From IMG/VR virus record IMGVR_UViG_3300044639_001144: a DNA stretch of 64,000 nucleotides; one strand, 5' to 3'. The stretch's first letter is position 1; each line of letters begins with the position of its first letter. Origin of the DNA: a virus. Below, piece after piece: positions 41,901 through 49,645 of this stretch. The notes beneath the pieces are model-generated. The model was not told the DNA's origin and did not search any database. It worked only from the letters and a program-made list of their open reading frames with translations. Both the position numbers and the translations under genes were made by a program.

Positions 41901-42574
41901 GAACCATTTAATTGTTGGAATTTTAAATAATTTGCAGAACCTTCTGTAATGTCAGTTATAGACATACCCATATTTGAAAACTGGGTCATCAAACTTGTAG
42001 TCGTTAACGCACGACTAACTTCAGTAAATCCTTTAAGTCCATCAGCAGCAGTGCCGCCTAATGCTACTAATGTAGTAGCATTTTTTTTCATTAATGATGT
42101 AAATTCACCAATTTCAGATACAGTAAATCCAGCTGCTTGGAGATTTTTAAAAGTAGAATCCATACCAACTACAAGTCCCGAACGACTCATACTTTGATAA
42201 TTTTTAAATATTTCGTCGCCTTGTTTCATTGAGGCGGCAAAATATTTCCCTGTAAATTCTGCTACTCTTTTAGCAGCTCCTCCGAAAAATGGAAGTTTTG
42301 ATGCCCATGCACCTAAAGCATCAGCACCTTTTTCAACCACATCGGTATAAACACTAAGCCCTTCTTCGCCTTGCGATAACCTATCAGCTGTTTTAATAGT
42401 TGCATCTTTTAAATCATTAACTTTTTTATGCAATGAATCAGAATAATCTTTAATGCCAATTGCAGCATCGCGCATATCCTTTGCTAATGCCGCGGTTACT
42501 GGTTTGCCACTGGCTAATGCAGCATTGTATCTATTGACAATAGCTTGTGCTTCTTCCGGAGTAAATTTTGCCAT
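38903..42574 (-). CDS. Tape-measure-like protein with GH19 chitinase/lysozyme-like domain
   Basis: Long Ala/Gly-rich helical N-terminus. ESG...E..YG.KN...GN...GDGYKYRGRGFIGITFKTNY...DLVGNPDL is the GH19 endolysin signature. Confidence 0.75.
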   Translation of the reverse strand: MAKFTPEEAQAIVNRYNAALASGKPVTAALAKDMRDAAIGIKDYSDSLHKKVNDLKDATIKTADRLSQGEEGLSVYTDVVEKGADALGAWASKLPFFGGAAKRVAEFTGKYFAASMKQGDEIFKNYQSMSRSGLVVGMDSTFKNLQAAGFTVSEIGEFTSLMKKNATTLVALGGTAADGLKGFTEVSRALTTTSLMTQFSNMGMSITDITEGSANYLKFQQLNGSSKIKTTAELTAGTTKYIFEQDRLAKLTGLNAERQNEAYAKAMRLEQFNANQVELQRKVDAGGVGSKEAEAELNRNRDLMSMMTAAGAESQSDGLAMVLSNAVNDPAFVKFNRAFPNLVKQIQAGEKNANVLFDSLGKEATTTMENNLGTAQAGEMERLMGPVTGIMALSAISTKDYVATNAKAIADQEAQKTGAADPNAARMAAIKNAQRNATQSADAVINKGIGPATSALKLISGLAQQTAGVAGQAAGKEGQAGGGTTLWDKARGLFGFGKSSGAGDENARVMPGRSTGSDTNTRGMSRNATATTAAATTAATTATTAAVPIAATAATAAVPIAAIAATATTAARNTTNTTNRDRNTGITQTLSEIPSGMATTRSAFANQPTEKPNSNAARNTTNTTNTTNTTNRDRNTGITQTLSEIPSGMATTRSAFANQPTEKPNSNKENGSVWFVNPFKVISNELSRAGILQNNYTTTTAKTSKEQLANQQLAKSDADKSLEINSAKLNSITELTTRIVSKGINPTQKSFETLSAMLELRSTGSSGADSSGKLTGTNSLLNRSKAMLNNMVGSSAGGSSGSSGGSSGSSGGSAGGSSGSSGGSAGGSPGGSAGGSAGGSPGAAEGTPSGSPGGSAANAMKLNAGGTGSVAGGTAETEKAGGLAEGTGPTTVGQNQQLLLQAMNELGVTDPKIRASMAAAAEGESGFKMQSEIGYQNTSNENIRKSFGAGSIFGKMPDDELTALKADPVKFFDYVYGDKNPAFKGYGNDQPGDGYKYRGRGFIGITFKTNYKKYGEKLGIDLVGNPDLANDPKIAAKIAVMMMLDGMKRNPGADPYTQVARSIGNSNAVTEQRKKDAYARNLETGQFGSEKVADLSFMKKGGGAATQTASATAPVGTAAAEIPAASVAAAPIEGAEGKKMQSAQLGGVLTGPKDGYQAMLHGDEAVVPLPDGKSIPLDMPNQDDGSATIIASLLAEKVQKLGLLVDGMTKHANMSKELLQLQG
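40574..40867. repeat. Near-exact in-frame tandem duplication with a variable 9-nt microsatellite
   Basis: Copies start at 40574 and 40730; TTTGTAGTA occurs four times in one copy and twice in the other. Confidence 0.9.
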
Positions 42575-42584
42575 TTATAAAGTA

Positions 42585-45500
42585 TTAACCTTGATTTTGT
42601 AACATACGATCAGTAATATTATTTTGTTTTGTCATAACACTTAGTAAAGAATCTAATTTAGATAATTCTTGTGTCAATAAAGAAATTTGTTCTTCTGCAC
42701 CGGCGCTGCTGCCAGTACCGCCGCCTTTAGATTGCACAGGAATAGTTCTGCCATCAGGTAACGGTACAACAGCTTCGTTACCATGTAATAATGCTTGATA
42801 ACCACTTGTTGGACCACTTAATATACCACCCATAGCAGCAGATGGCATCGGTGTATCTGTCTTGCCTGCTCTTCGATCAGTAATTAATTGTGTTAAAAAC
42901 GGAGAATCTCCTGTAGGTGGCCATTTATAATCACTTCCCCACGCCATCAATCCTGAATGTGAAGTGTCCAAATGAATATGAGCGCCACCAGGAGCACGAT
43001 ATTCTGCTCCTATGCCATTAAATCCTAAATCAAGAGCTTTAACATATAGTTTATTTCTTTCTGGTTCACTTAATTGATTTGCTCCAAATCCTAAATCAAT
43101 AGCATCTCCAGTACCATGATTAGCTGCACCTGGTCTAAATCCGCTAGTAACAGTTAATTTTTTACCAAGAACTGATTCTATCGCTGCTTTTTTAGCTAAT
43201 ACGTCAGGTTTAACACCCTCTTCTTTACCAGTACCACCGCCACTGCCAGCCGCCGGAGTAGCTGCACTTTTTGCTTCTGCTGCTGACGGAGGGGAACCTG
43301 ACGGCACTTGCTCAGTAGGCGAAGTATCTTTTGGTTTTTGAGCTCCGTTTGGAGCACCTCCTGCTGCACCCCCTGCTGCACCCCCGCTAGTTCCTCCTGA
43401 TGATGTAGTAGCAGTAGGACTAAATCCTAAAGTTTGTTTAATTTTATCTATAGTTGACAACACTAAAGTTTTAGTTTTATCAATTAATCCAACTGTATCT
43501 TCTGCTTTCCCTTCCCCAGTTCCACTTTCAAGCAATTCAGTTAATCTATCAGTAGTTTTAGTTAACAATGTAAAACTTTTAATTACAGGAGTAAACGATG
43601 TATTAAGAGTTTTTGCTAGTGCCTGTGTATTTTCTTTCTGACCTTCGGTTATATCAGAAAATGAATCTGTTAATTCAATTGTAGTACCTTTAGCACCAGT
43701 GACCTGTTTTGCCGACTGTTCCATTACTTTTTGGTAAGCAGCAAGACTTTCTGTTAACTTTGCTACACTAGTTTCACCGGTTTGTTCATATATTGCGTTC
43801 TCGGATAAAGTACGCAGTTGATCCTGTCGATTTCGTGTCTTCTGTGCTACCATACTTGGAGAATCTGTGGGTCTAATAGTTGATTTAACCATTGCGTGAA
43901 GTTGATTAATTCTTGCATGTAGCTTTTCAATATCAATACCCGCTAATGCCGGATCATTTTTCGGATCTTTAACTAACCCACCATCGGCATACCCTGGTCC
44001 AGAACTAATACTTCGGTTTAATCCCAATGCCGGATCATTTTTCGGATCTTTAACTAACCCACCATCGGCATACCCTGGTCCAGAACTAATACTTCGGTTT
44101 AATCCCAATGCCGGATCATTTTTCGGATCTTTAACTAACCCACCATCGGCATACCCTGGTCCAGAACTAATACTTCGGTTTAATCCCAATGCCTTTGTTG
44201 TTTCGGCATCTATTACATATTCGCCTTTGTGTACAATACCTGCTGGTTGATATTTGCCACCATCACCAGTATATCCACCTTCTGCAAACCAGGAAAATGG
44301 ATTATACCATGAGGATTCAGATTTCCCTCCAATTTTACCTTCTTTGCCAGCTATTTTTCCTAACACTCCGGCTGCATCAGCAGCAACAGTAGATAATGCT
44401 TTGAGAGCAGAAGTCACTGGGCCCATTGCTTTATCAAGTACTTTTGTAGTTGATTGTTCTATATCGCGAGCATTCTGATTTATCTTAACCATATCAGCTG
44501 TATTTTTATCTTTACCAGCTGCTTGTCCTTCTATTTGCTTACCTGCAGAATTTACAGCATCTACATAGTCTATTCCGCTACTAGATAAGGCTTTTGAATA
44601 TTCTCCAAAATTGCCTAAGAATTTATTAAATACCCCGGCTCCTGCTAATCCTTTATAAGTTGTTGTGGTTCTTTGTACATCTTTCATTAATGTATTGGTA
44701 AATTCACCAATATCAGTACCACCTTGATCTATAAATTGAGCTGTTTGTCCCAATCCTCTTTGAAATACTGCATACCCTTCAGTATTAGTAGCACCAGCCA
44801 AATACATCATGGCATTTTTCTTCATCTCAGGCCCCATCTTGCCTTCGACCATTGTAAGCATTGCTTGATTAGCATCTAGTTTTTTCTGTGCAGCCGCACC
44901 TTCGTCGCCGCCTCTTGCAGCTATTTGTTTTAATTCAAAGGTTTTAGCTGCATATTGCTCAGTAGCCAATGCTTGTTCTTGTATTTTATTTTGTGAATCT
45001 GCACTTAATCCAGTTAATTTGGTTAATTTATCCTGATTAACCATGTACTCCATAGCACCTTGCGTTACTGCCTTGGTATCATTTGAAACTGCTTGTCCAC
45101 TTAATTGCTGTAGCCTTACATAATTTGCAATACCCTCATTAATTTGTGGTATTTGCATACCCATATTCAGCAGCTGAGTGCCTAACCCTGACCCTACAAT
45201 TTCCTTAGATATTTTAGAAAATCTAGTAAGCCCTTCTTGTGCAGTCCCACCCATATTGGCCAATACGGTGGAATTTTGTTTCATCAGGTCGCCATATGCC
45301 CCGATTTCCTTCATTGTATAACCAGCAGCCTGCAAATTCTTAAATGCGTCGTTCATGCCGGTAGCTAGTCCTGAACGACTTAAATCTTGATAAAGTTTAA
45401 ATTGTTGATCAGCTAATGTGGCTACTCTAGTTGCTACTTCAGCTAATACTTCAGCTGTTTTTCCCAGTACATTACTGCCACTTTTAGCGTCTTTATTCCA

Positions 45501-45770
45501 ATCTGAAAATACTTTTGCACCGGATTTGATAGTATCGTTATAAACTGCGGCCCCAGATTCCCCATCTATTAGGCTTTTGACCAGTCCGCCCATGCTGGCT
45601 GTTAATGCTGCTTTGCTAGCTCTTAACTGTGCTGAATACCCTTTGATACCTACAGAGGCGTCTTTTATCGAATCTCTAAGTTCTTCGGTGATTGGTATTC
45701 CGCTAGCCAGTGCTTGATTGTATTCATCAGTTCGGGCCTGAATTTCTTCCGGTGTCATGTTTTGTGGCAT
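42585..45770 (-). CDS. Tape-measure-like protein with M15-type Zn peptidase domain
   Basis: Paralogous to 38903..42574. FAEGGYTGDGGKYQPAGIVHKGEYV tape-measure motif and VTSGFR...HGTGDAID...HIHLD metallopeptidase motif. Confidence 0.75.
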   Translation of the reverse strand: MPQNMTPEEIQARTDEYNQALASGIPITEELRDSIKDASVGIKGYSAQLRASKAALTASMGGLVKSLIDGESGAAVYNDTIKSGAKVFSDWNKDAKSGSNVLGKTAEVLAEVATRVATLADQQFKLYQDLSRSGLATGMNDAFKNLQAAGYTMKEIGAYGDLMKQNSTVLANMGGTAQEGLTRFSKISKEIVGSGLGTQLLNMGMQIPQINEGIANYVRLQQLSGQAVSNDTKAVTQGAMEYMVNQDKLTKLTGLSADSQNKIQEQALATEQYAAKTFELKQIAARGGDEGAAAQKKLDANQAMLTMVEGKMGPEMKKNAMMYLAGATNTEGYAVFQRGLGQTAQFIDQGGTDIGEFTNTLMKDVQRTTTTYKGLAGAGVFNKFLGNFGEYSKALSSSGIDYVDAVNSAGKQIEGQAAGKDKNTADMVKINQNARDIEQSTTKVLDKAMGPVTSALKALSTVAADAAGVLGKIAGKEGKIGGKSESSWYNPFSWFAEGGYTGDGGKYQPAGIVHKGEYVIDAETTKALGLNRSISSGPGYADGGLVKDPKNDPALGLNRSISSGPGYADGGLVKDPKNDPALGLNRSISSGPGYADGGLVKDPKNDPALAGIDIEKLHARINQLHAMVKSTIRPTDSPSMVAQKTRNRQDQLRTLSENAIYEQTGETSVAKLTESLAAYQKVMEQSAKQVTGAKGTTIELTDSFSDITEGQKENTQALAKTLNTSFTPVIKSFTLLTKTTDRLTELLESGTGEGKAEDTVGLIDKTKTLVLSTIDKIKQTLGFSPTATTSSGGTSGGAAGGAAGGAPNGAQKPKDTSPTEQVPSGSPPSAAEAKSAATPAAGSGGGTGKEEGVKPDVLAKKAAIESVLGKKLTVTSGFRPGAANHGTGDAIDLGFGANQLSEPERNKLYVKALDLGFNGIGAEYRAPGGAHIHLDTSHSGLMAWGSDYKWPPTGDSPFLTQLITDRRAGKTDTPMPSAAMGGILSGPTSGYQALLHGNEAVVPLPDGRTIPVQSKGGGTGSSAGAEEQISLLTQELSKLDSLLSVMTKQNNITDRMLQNQG
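43945..44193. repeat. Three exact 81-nt in-frame tandem repeats
   Basis: Units start at 43945, 44026 and 44107 and encode ALGLNRSISSGPGYADGGLVKDPKNDP. Confidence 0.95.
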
Positions 45771-45776
45771 AACTAA

Positions 45777-45784
45777 TATTTATA
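45777..45784 (-). promoter_or_regulatory. T4-type late promoter TATAAATA for the tape-measure-like genes
   Basis: Perfect consensus 6 nt upstream of ATG 45770. Confidence 0.75.
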
Positions 45785-45797
45785 CAAGGAAAAAACC

Positions 45798-46628
45798 ATG
45801 AATCCATTGACTCAATATTTTAGACAACCTTCAATTTATATTAAATTGCCTAGCCAAGGCAATTACTACCCTGCGGGAGCTATCGAAATGCCACAAAATG
45901 GCGAGCTTCCTGTATTGCCCATGACGGCAATAGATGAAATTACATATCGTACACCTGATGCATTATTCAGTGGACAAGCAGTTATTAATGTTATACAAAG
46001 CTGTATTCCCGCTATCAAAGATGCATGGGCAATCCCATCAATTGATATTGATACCATATTAGTAGCTATACGTATTGCCAGCTACGGTCATGAAATGACT
46101 TTTGCCACAGTTTGCCCACATTGCCAAAATGATGACGAATATGCTGTTGATTTACGTACTGTACTTGAGCAAATGAAAACCCCTGATTATTCAGATCCAG
46201 TTAAACAAGGCGATATCGAAATTTACTTTAGACCAATGACTTATAAAAATTTGTCTGATAACAATAAAATTCAATTTGACGAACAACGTATTTTTCAATC
46301 GTTGCCTGATGACAAAGCCGTAGATAATGTTCAATTATCAGCTATGTCAGCAGCATTACAGCGCATGACTGAGATGACTGTATCTGCACTAAGTCAAAGT
46401 ATTTTAACCATTAAAACTCCTAGCGCCATGGTTACAGAACAAGAATATATTAGCGAATTTATGAAAAATTGTGATAGTGGATTGTTCAATCGTATTCAAA
46501 CTTATGTAGTCGATCATAAATCTGAAGCAGAGATGAAACCTATTACAATTAAATGTAATAAATGTCAAACTAATTACTTACAATCTATTACGTTGGATAT
46601 GTCGAATTTTTTCGAGCGCGCCTCCTAA
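45798..46628 (+). CDS. gp26: Baseplate hub/tail assembly protein (T4 gp26-like)
   Basis: YIKLPSQG.YYP, PMTAIDE and D.DTILVAIRIASYG motifs, two CxxC motifs, C-terminal NFF; AAGGA RBS. Confidence 0.7.
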   Translation: MNPLTQYFRQPSIYIKLPSQGNYYPAGAIEMPQNGELPVLPMTAIDEITYRTPDALFSGQAVINVIQSCIPAIKDAWAIPSIDIDTILVAIRIASYGHEMTFATVCPHCQNDDEYAVDLRTVLEQMKTPDYSDPVKQGDIEIYFRPMTYKNLSDNNKIQFDEQRIFQSLPDDKAVDNVQLSAMSAALQRMTEMTVSALSQSILTIKTPSAMVTEQEYISEFMKNCDSGLFNRIQTYVVDHKSEAEMKPITIKCNKCQTNYLQSITLDMSNFFERAS

Positions 46629-46666
46629 TATTAGATCCTGAACGTGTTGCTACTTACATAGACAAC

Positions 46667-46843
46667 ATGGATAAAGAGATCAATGATATTAGACTTGAGG
46701 CGTTACGTATGTCTTGGTACATGAGAGGGGGATTACCTTATGATCAAGCCTTACAACTCAGTGTCGCTGAAAGAAAAATAATCAGTGATATCATCAAAGA
46801 TAATATGGAGACAACTAAGAAAAGTGGTTTGCCTTTCTTTTAA
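46667..46843 (+). CDS. 58-codon ORF (hub assembly partner, gp51-like position), possibly expressed as a -1 frameshift extension of the upstream gene
   Basis: MDKEINDIRLEALRMSWYMRGGLPYDQALQLSVAERKIISDIIKDNMETTKKSGLPFF. The frame is open from 46607 and there is no obvious RBS before the ATG. Confidence 0.75.
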   Translation: MDKEINDIRLEALRMSWYMRGGLPYDQALQLSVAERKIISDIIKDNMETTKKSGLPFF

Positions 46844-46899
46844 GTTTTTTGTTTTTTCCATGACCCTCCTTAAGGTTCTGAATGATTACTTTATATTTC

Positions 46900-47416
46900 T
46901 TTTTGATTTAACAGATTAGCTGCGCTAATCCAAGACTCGCATACTGCTCGTCTTATTGTTTTAAGTAGTTGCTTTTAAATACTATTCGTCTAGAACTAAT
47001 GTCATAATTCACCGTAAGCACGGTGAAAAAAATGACCTCTTCGTCTGAGTCCGCAGTCATTTATTATAAAGAGATTGTGCTTTCACACTCGGAGGCGGTT
47101 GACCTGTACCCCCTACTCTAGCTTCACATATCAACGGAACCCTAGTAACCCCATAATAAATCAAAGTCCTATAAGCATGGGTCGTATCTTTTTCACGTTG
47201 CCCAAACCATTTGTTGCCTTAAGTTGGCTTTTGCCTTTGACACCCGAGTAGGCTTGCGCCTCTTCTATCCGAATTGGGTTTCTCACCAATCCTCAACGGG
47301 GATCGAGCAGCCTCGATCAAACGCTGTCAGTGTGATGCCTCCCAGAGTTTCACTGGTTCTGACTAATAGTGTCGGGCTTCCCCTAACTTAGTCTGTCGAT
47401 GCCTATCTAAGATGAT
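46900..47416 (-). ncRNA. Candidate large structured non-coding RNA / hairpin-rich locus, family not recognised
   Basis: Longest gene-free interval in the window, GC-richer than its flanks, with at least 10 helices. GNRA tetraloops (GCAA, GAAA) read correctly only on the minus strand. Confidence 0.55.
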
Positions 47417-47845
47417 TTAAATTTTGTTTTTGATGTGACTACCATGTATACGGCAAACTATTTGTCCGTTATAGTAATCGTCACTTTCTAATACACGATG
47501 CTTAAATTGTTCACGGGCTTCAATATAACTGCATTCCGATTTGGTGTTGCAATAATATAATATTTGCCTAGTGAAATTTTCGATGCCTAACTGTTCGATG
47601 TCTTTATTTAATTCTATGCTGCTGCCGGTGTACTGTTGCCAGTCTGATTCCACTTTACTTTTGATTCTCTTACGTTTTTTGGTGCCGTTCTTAAGTTTTA
47701 CTATTTTATATGTTGTTTTACTAAATTTTGATAGTTTTTTTCCGATATATTTTCTGCCGGATATGTTGTTTGTAATGCAATAAACAAATCCAGCACAATC
47801 TTCCGGTAGTATTTCAACATGAGTGTTTTCAAAAAGCCATGACAT
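47417..47845 (-). CDS. Stand-alone GIY-YIG nuclease (T4 endonuclease II-like)
   Basis: GFVYCITNNISGRKYIGKK...ESDWQQYTGSS...E.REQF...YYNGQI. Confidence 0.85.
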   Translation of the reverse strand: MSWLFENTHVEILPEDCAGFVYCITNNISGRKYIGKKLSKFSKTTYKIVKLKNGTKKRKRIKSKVESDWQQYTGSSIELNKDIEQLGIENFTRQILYYCNTKSECSYIEAREQFKHRVLESDDYYNGQIVCRIHGSHIKNKI

Positions 47846-47881
47846 GTACTAGTTAGTGTCTTTTTGATAGTGCTCATATTT

Positions 47882-49645
47882 TTATGCTACCTCTACATCT
47901 GTATTATAACTGGTAAATCCGCCATCCTTGATTACTTTGAGTATATTTTCTACTCTTCCGGCTAACTCGTCTCTATGACTTACTAACCAAATTGATTTTT
48001 GTCGCTCACGTGACATTTGTTTTAATAATCCCAACGCTGATTCCACACCTTGTGTGTCAAGCCCGTTGTCAATCATTTCATCAATGAATAATACATTGAT
48101 GGGAGTATATAAGGATTCAAACACATCTCTAAATGCCCATGCCATACTTAAAATAAGTCGATTACGCTCGCCTCTTGACAGATTATCAAAGTCAAGTTCA
48201 CGTCCTAGCTCTTCGATACTAACCGAAAGATCATTTTGAAATACAACAGTATGTGGTAATCCAATACGATCTAAGTAATGTGTTAGTCTTGTGTTAAGAT
48301 ATGATAAGTTTTGTTCAATAATCTTCTTGCGTATGAAACTATCCTTACTGGTGAGTAATTTTAATAAAAATTCTTGATGTTCTTGTAAACGTGTTAAGTC
48401 GTTTAACCCATCGTAAGTAACCTCTGCTAATGCTTGTTCAGTCATTTCAGTAATCTGTTCAGCATAAGGATCAATTTCAGTACTTTTATTTTCTAATTGA
48501 GCTTGCAAGCCAGCAATCGTAGCACGATGCTGTATGGCGTCTTCTTCTTTATCGTAAAACATCTTAGGTGGTTTACCTAAAACTCCCAACGATTTTTGCA
48601 TTGACTCTAATTCCGACAACAACTCACTGTATTCTTTATTTGATACTTGTGAAGTTGTTAATTCTTTTTGTTTTGTCTCCAACACCTGTTTGTGTTTACT
48701 ATCATGGAACGGTTGTCCACACGAATGGCACTCATGATTATCAAGCGTTTTAATCTCAGCTAACAGCCGATTGATTATTTTTTCTTCCCTGCTAATATCT
48801 AATTTAACTCTACTGATTTGTGTAGTTAGCTCATTGATATCTTTACGTTTTTGATCCCATGCTGTGTGATCTTTGTGTGCTTGTATTTCTAAATCGATAT
48901 CAATTTCCTGGAGCGAAGCCAATGCTACTTCAAGTTTTGAAATATCGTCGGTGTTTTTAGTAGTCCAAAGTGTTTGTCTACGTTTTAGCGATTCAATTTG
49001 CTCTAAAATCCTTTTATTAGCATCTTGTACGGCACGTATTCTAAATTCTTCTGCTTGTATAGCATCTTTTGTAGTGCGATTTAGCTCTTTAATCTTATCA
49101 GCACGTTCACTAAGCATAGTAATGCCCAGTAATTGTTCAATGATTGTACGTTGATCATTGGCTTTTAATGATAAAAACGGTTCGGTATAAGTGTTAAGTG
49201 CCATAATATGTTTAAACATATCGTGACTCATACCTAGCATGTCTTCGATTGCTGTTTGAGTTTCTCTACTATCGCCTTGTGCATTATCTTCGGCTTCAGT
49301 TTCTTTGTTATTGACATAAAACTTTAGCAAATTAGGCTTACGTCCACGCTCAATACGATATTGTTGATCACTGATGACAAAATCCAGTGATACAATCATA
49401 TTCTTGCCGTTAGTTTTGTTAACAAGATTATCTCGCCGTATATTACTAAGTGCTACTCCATACAACGCATATGAAAGTGCATTAATAATAGTAGTCTTGC
49501 CAGTGCCGTTTCTACTGCCATCACCGCCTAAGTCTAAGTTTTCGCCTAATACTAATGTTAAATCACGTCGATCAAAGTTAATAGCCTGGGTAGCATTGCC
49601 TACACTCATGAAATTCTTTACAGTTAAATTCTTAATCTGGATCAT
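47882..49645 (-). CDS. gp46: Recombination endonuclease ATPase subunit (Rad50/SbcC-like)
   Basis: Walker A NGTGKTT, Zn-hook CHSC, signature LSRGE, Walker B LFIDE, H-loop VSH. Confidence 0.95.
   Translation of the reverse strand: MIQIKNLTVKNFMSVGNATQAINFDRRDLTLVLGENLDLGGDGSRNGTGKTTIINALSYALYGVALSNIRRDNLVNKTNGKNMIVSLDFVISDQQYRIERGRKPNLLKFYVNNKETEAEDNAQGDSRETQTAIEDMLGMSHDMFKHIMALNTYTEPFLSLKANDQRTIIEQLLGITMLSERADKIKELNRTTKDAIQAEEFRIRAVQDANKRILEQIESLKRRQTLWTTKNTDDISKLEVALASLQEIDIDLEIQAHKDHTAWDQKRKDINELTTQISRVKLDISREEKIINRLLAEIKTLDNHECHSCGQPFHDSKHKQVLETKQKELTTSQVSNKEYSELLSELESMQKSLGVLGKPPKMFYDKEEDAIQHRATIAGLQAQLENKSTEIDPYAEQITEMTEQALAEVTYDGLNDLTRLQEHQEFLLKLLTSKDSFIRKKIIEQNLSYLNTRLTHYLDRIGLPHTVVFQNDLSVSIEELGRELDFDNLSRGERNRLILSMAWAFRDVFESLYTPINVLFIDEMIDNGLDTQGVESALGLLKQMSRERQKSIWLVSHRDELAGRVENILKVIKDGGFTSYNTDVEVA

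Noticed and set aside
47341-47400. Group I intron 3' half (CAGACUA...UAGUC resembling P7, then a P9-like hairpin) after a GIY-YIG ORF
   Set aside because: The conserved J8/7 is missing, only 36 nt separate gp46 from the nuclease so there is no room for P1-P6, and no host gene is interrupted.
46844-47416. tRNA, tmRNA, RNase P RNA or hammerhead ribozyme
   Set aside because: No T-loop/acceptor pattern, no GAGGAAAGUCC P4 pair, and no CUGANGA/GAAA core found on either strand by eye.
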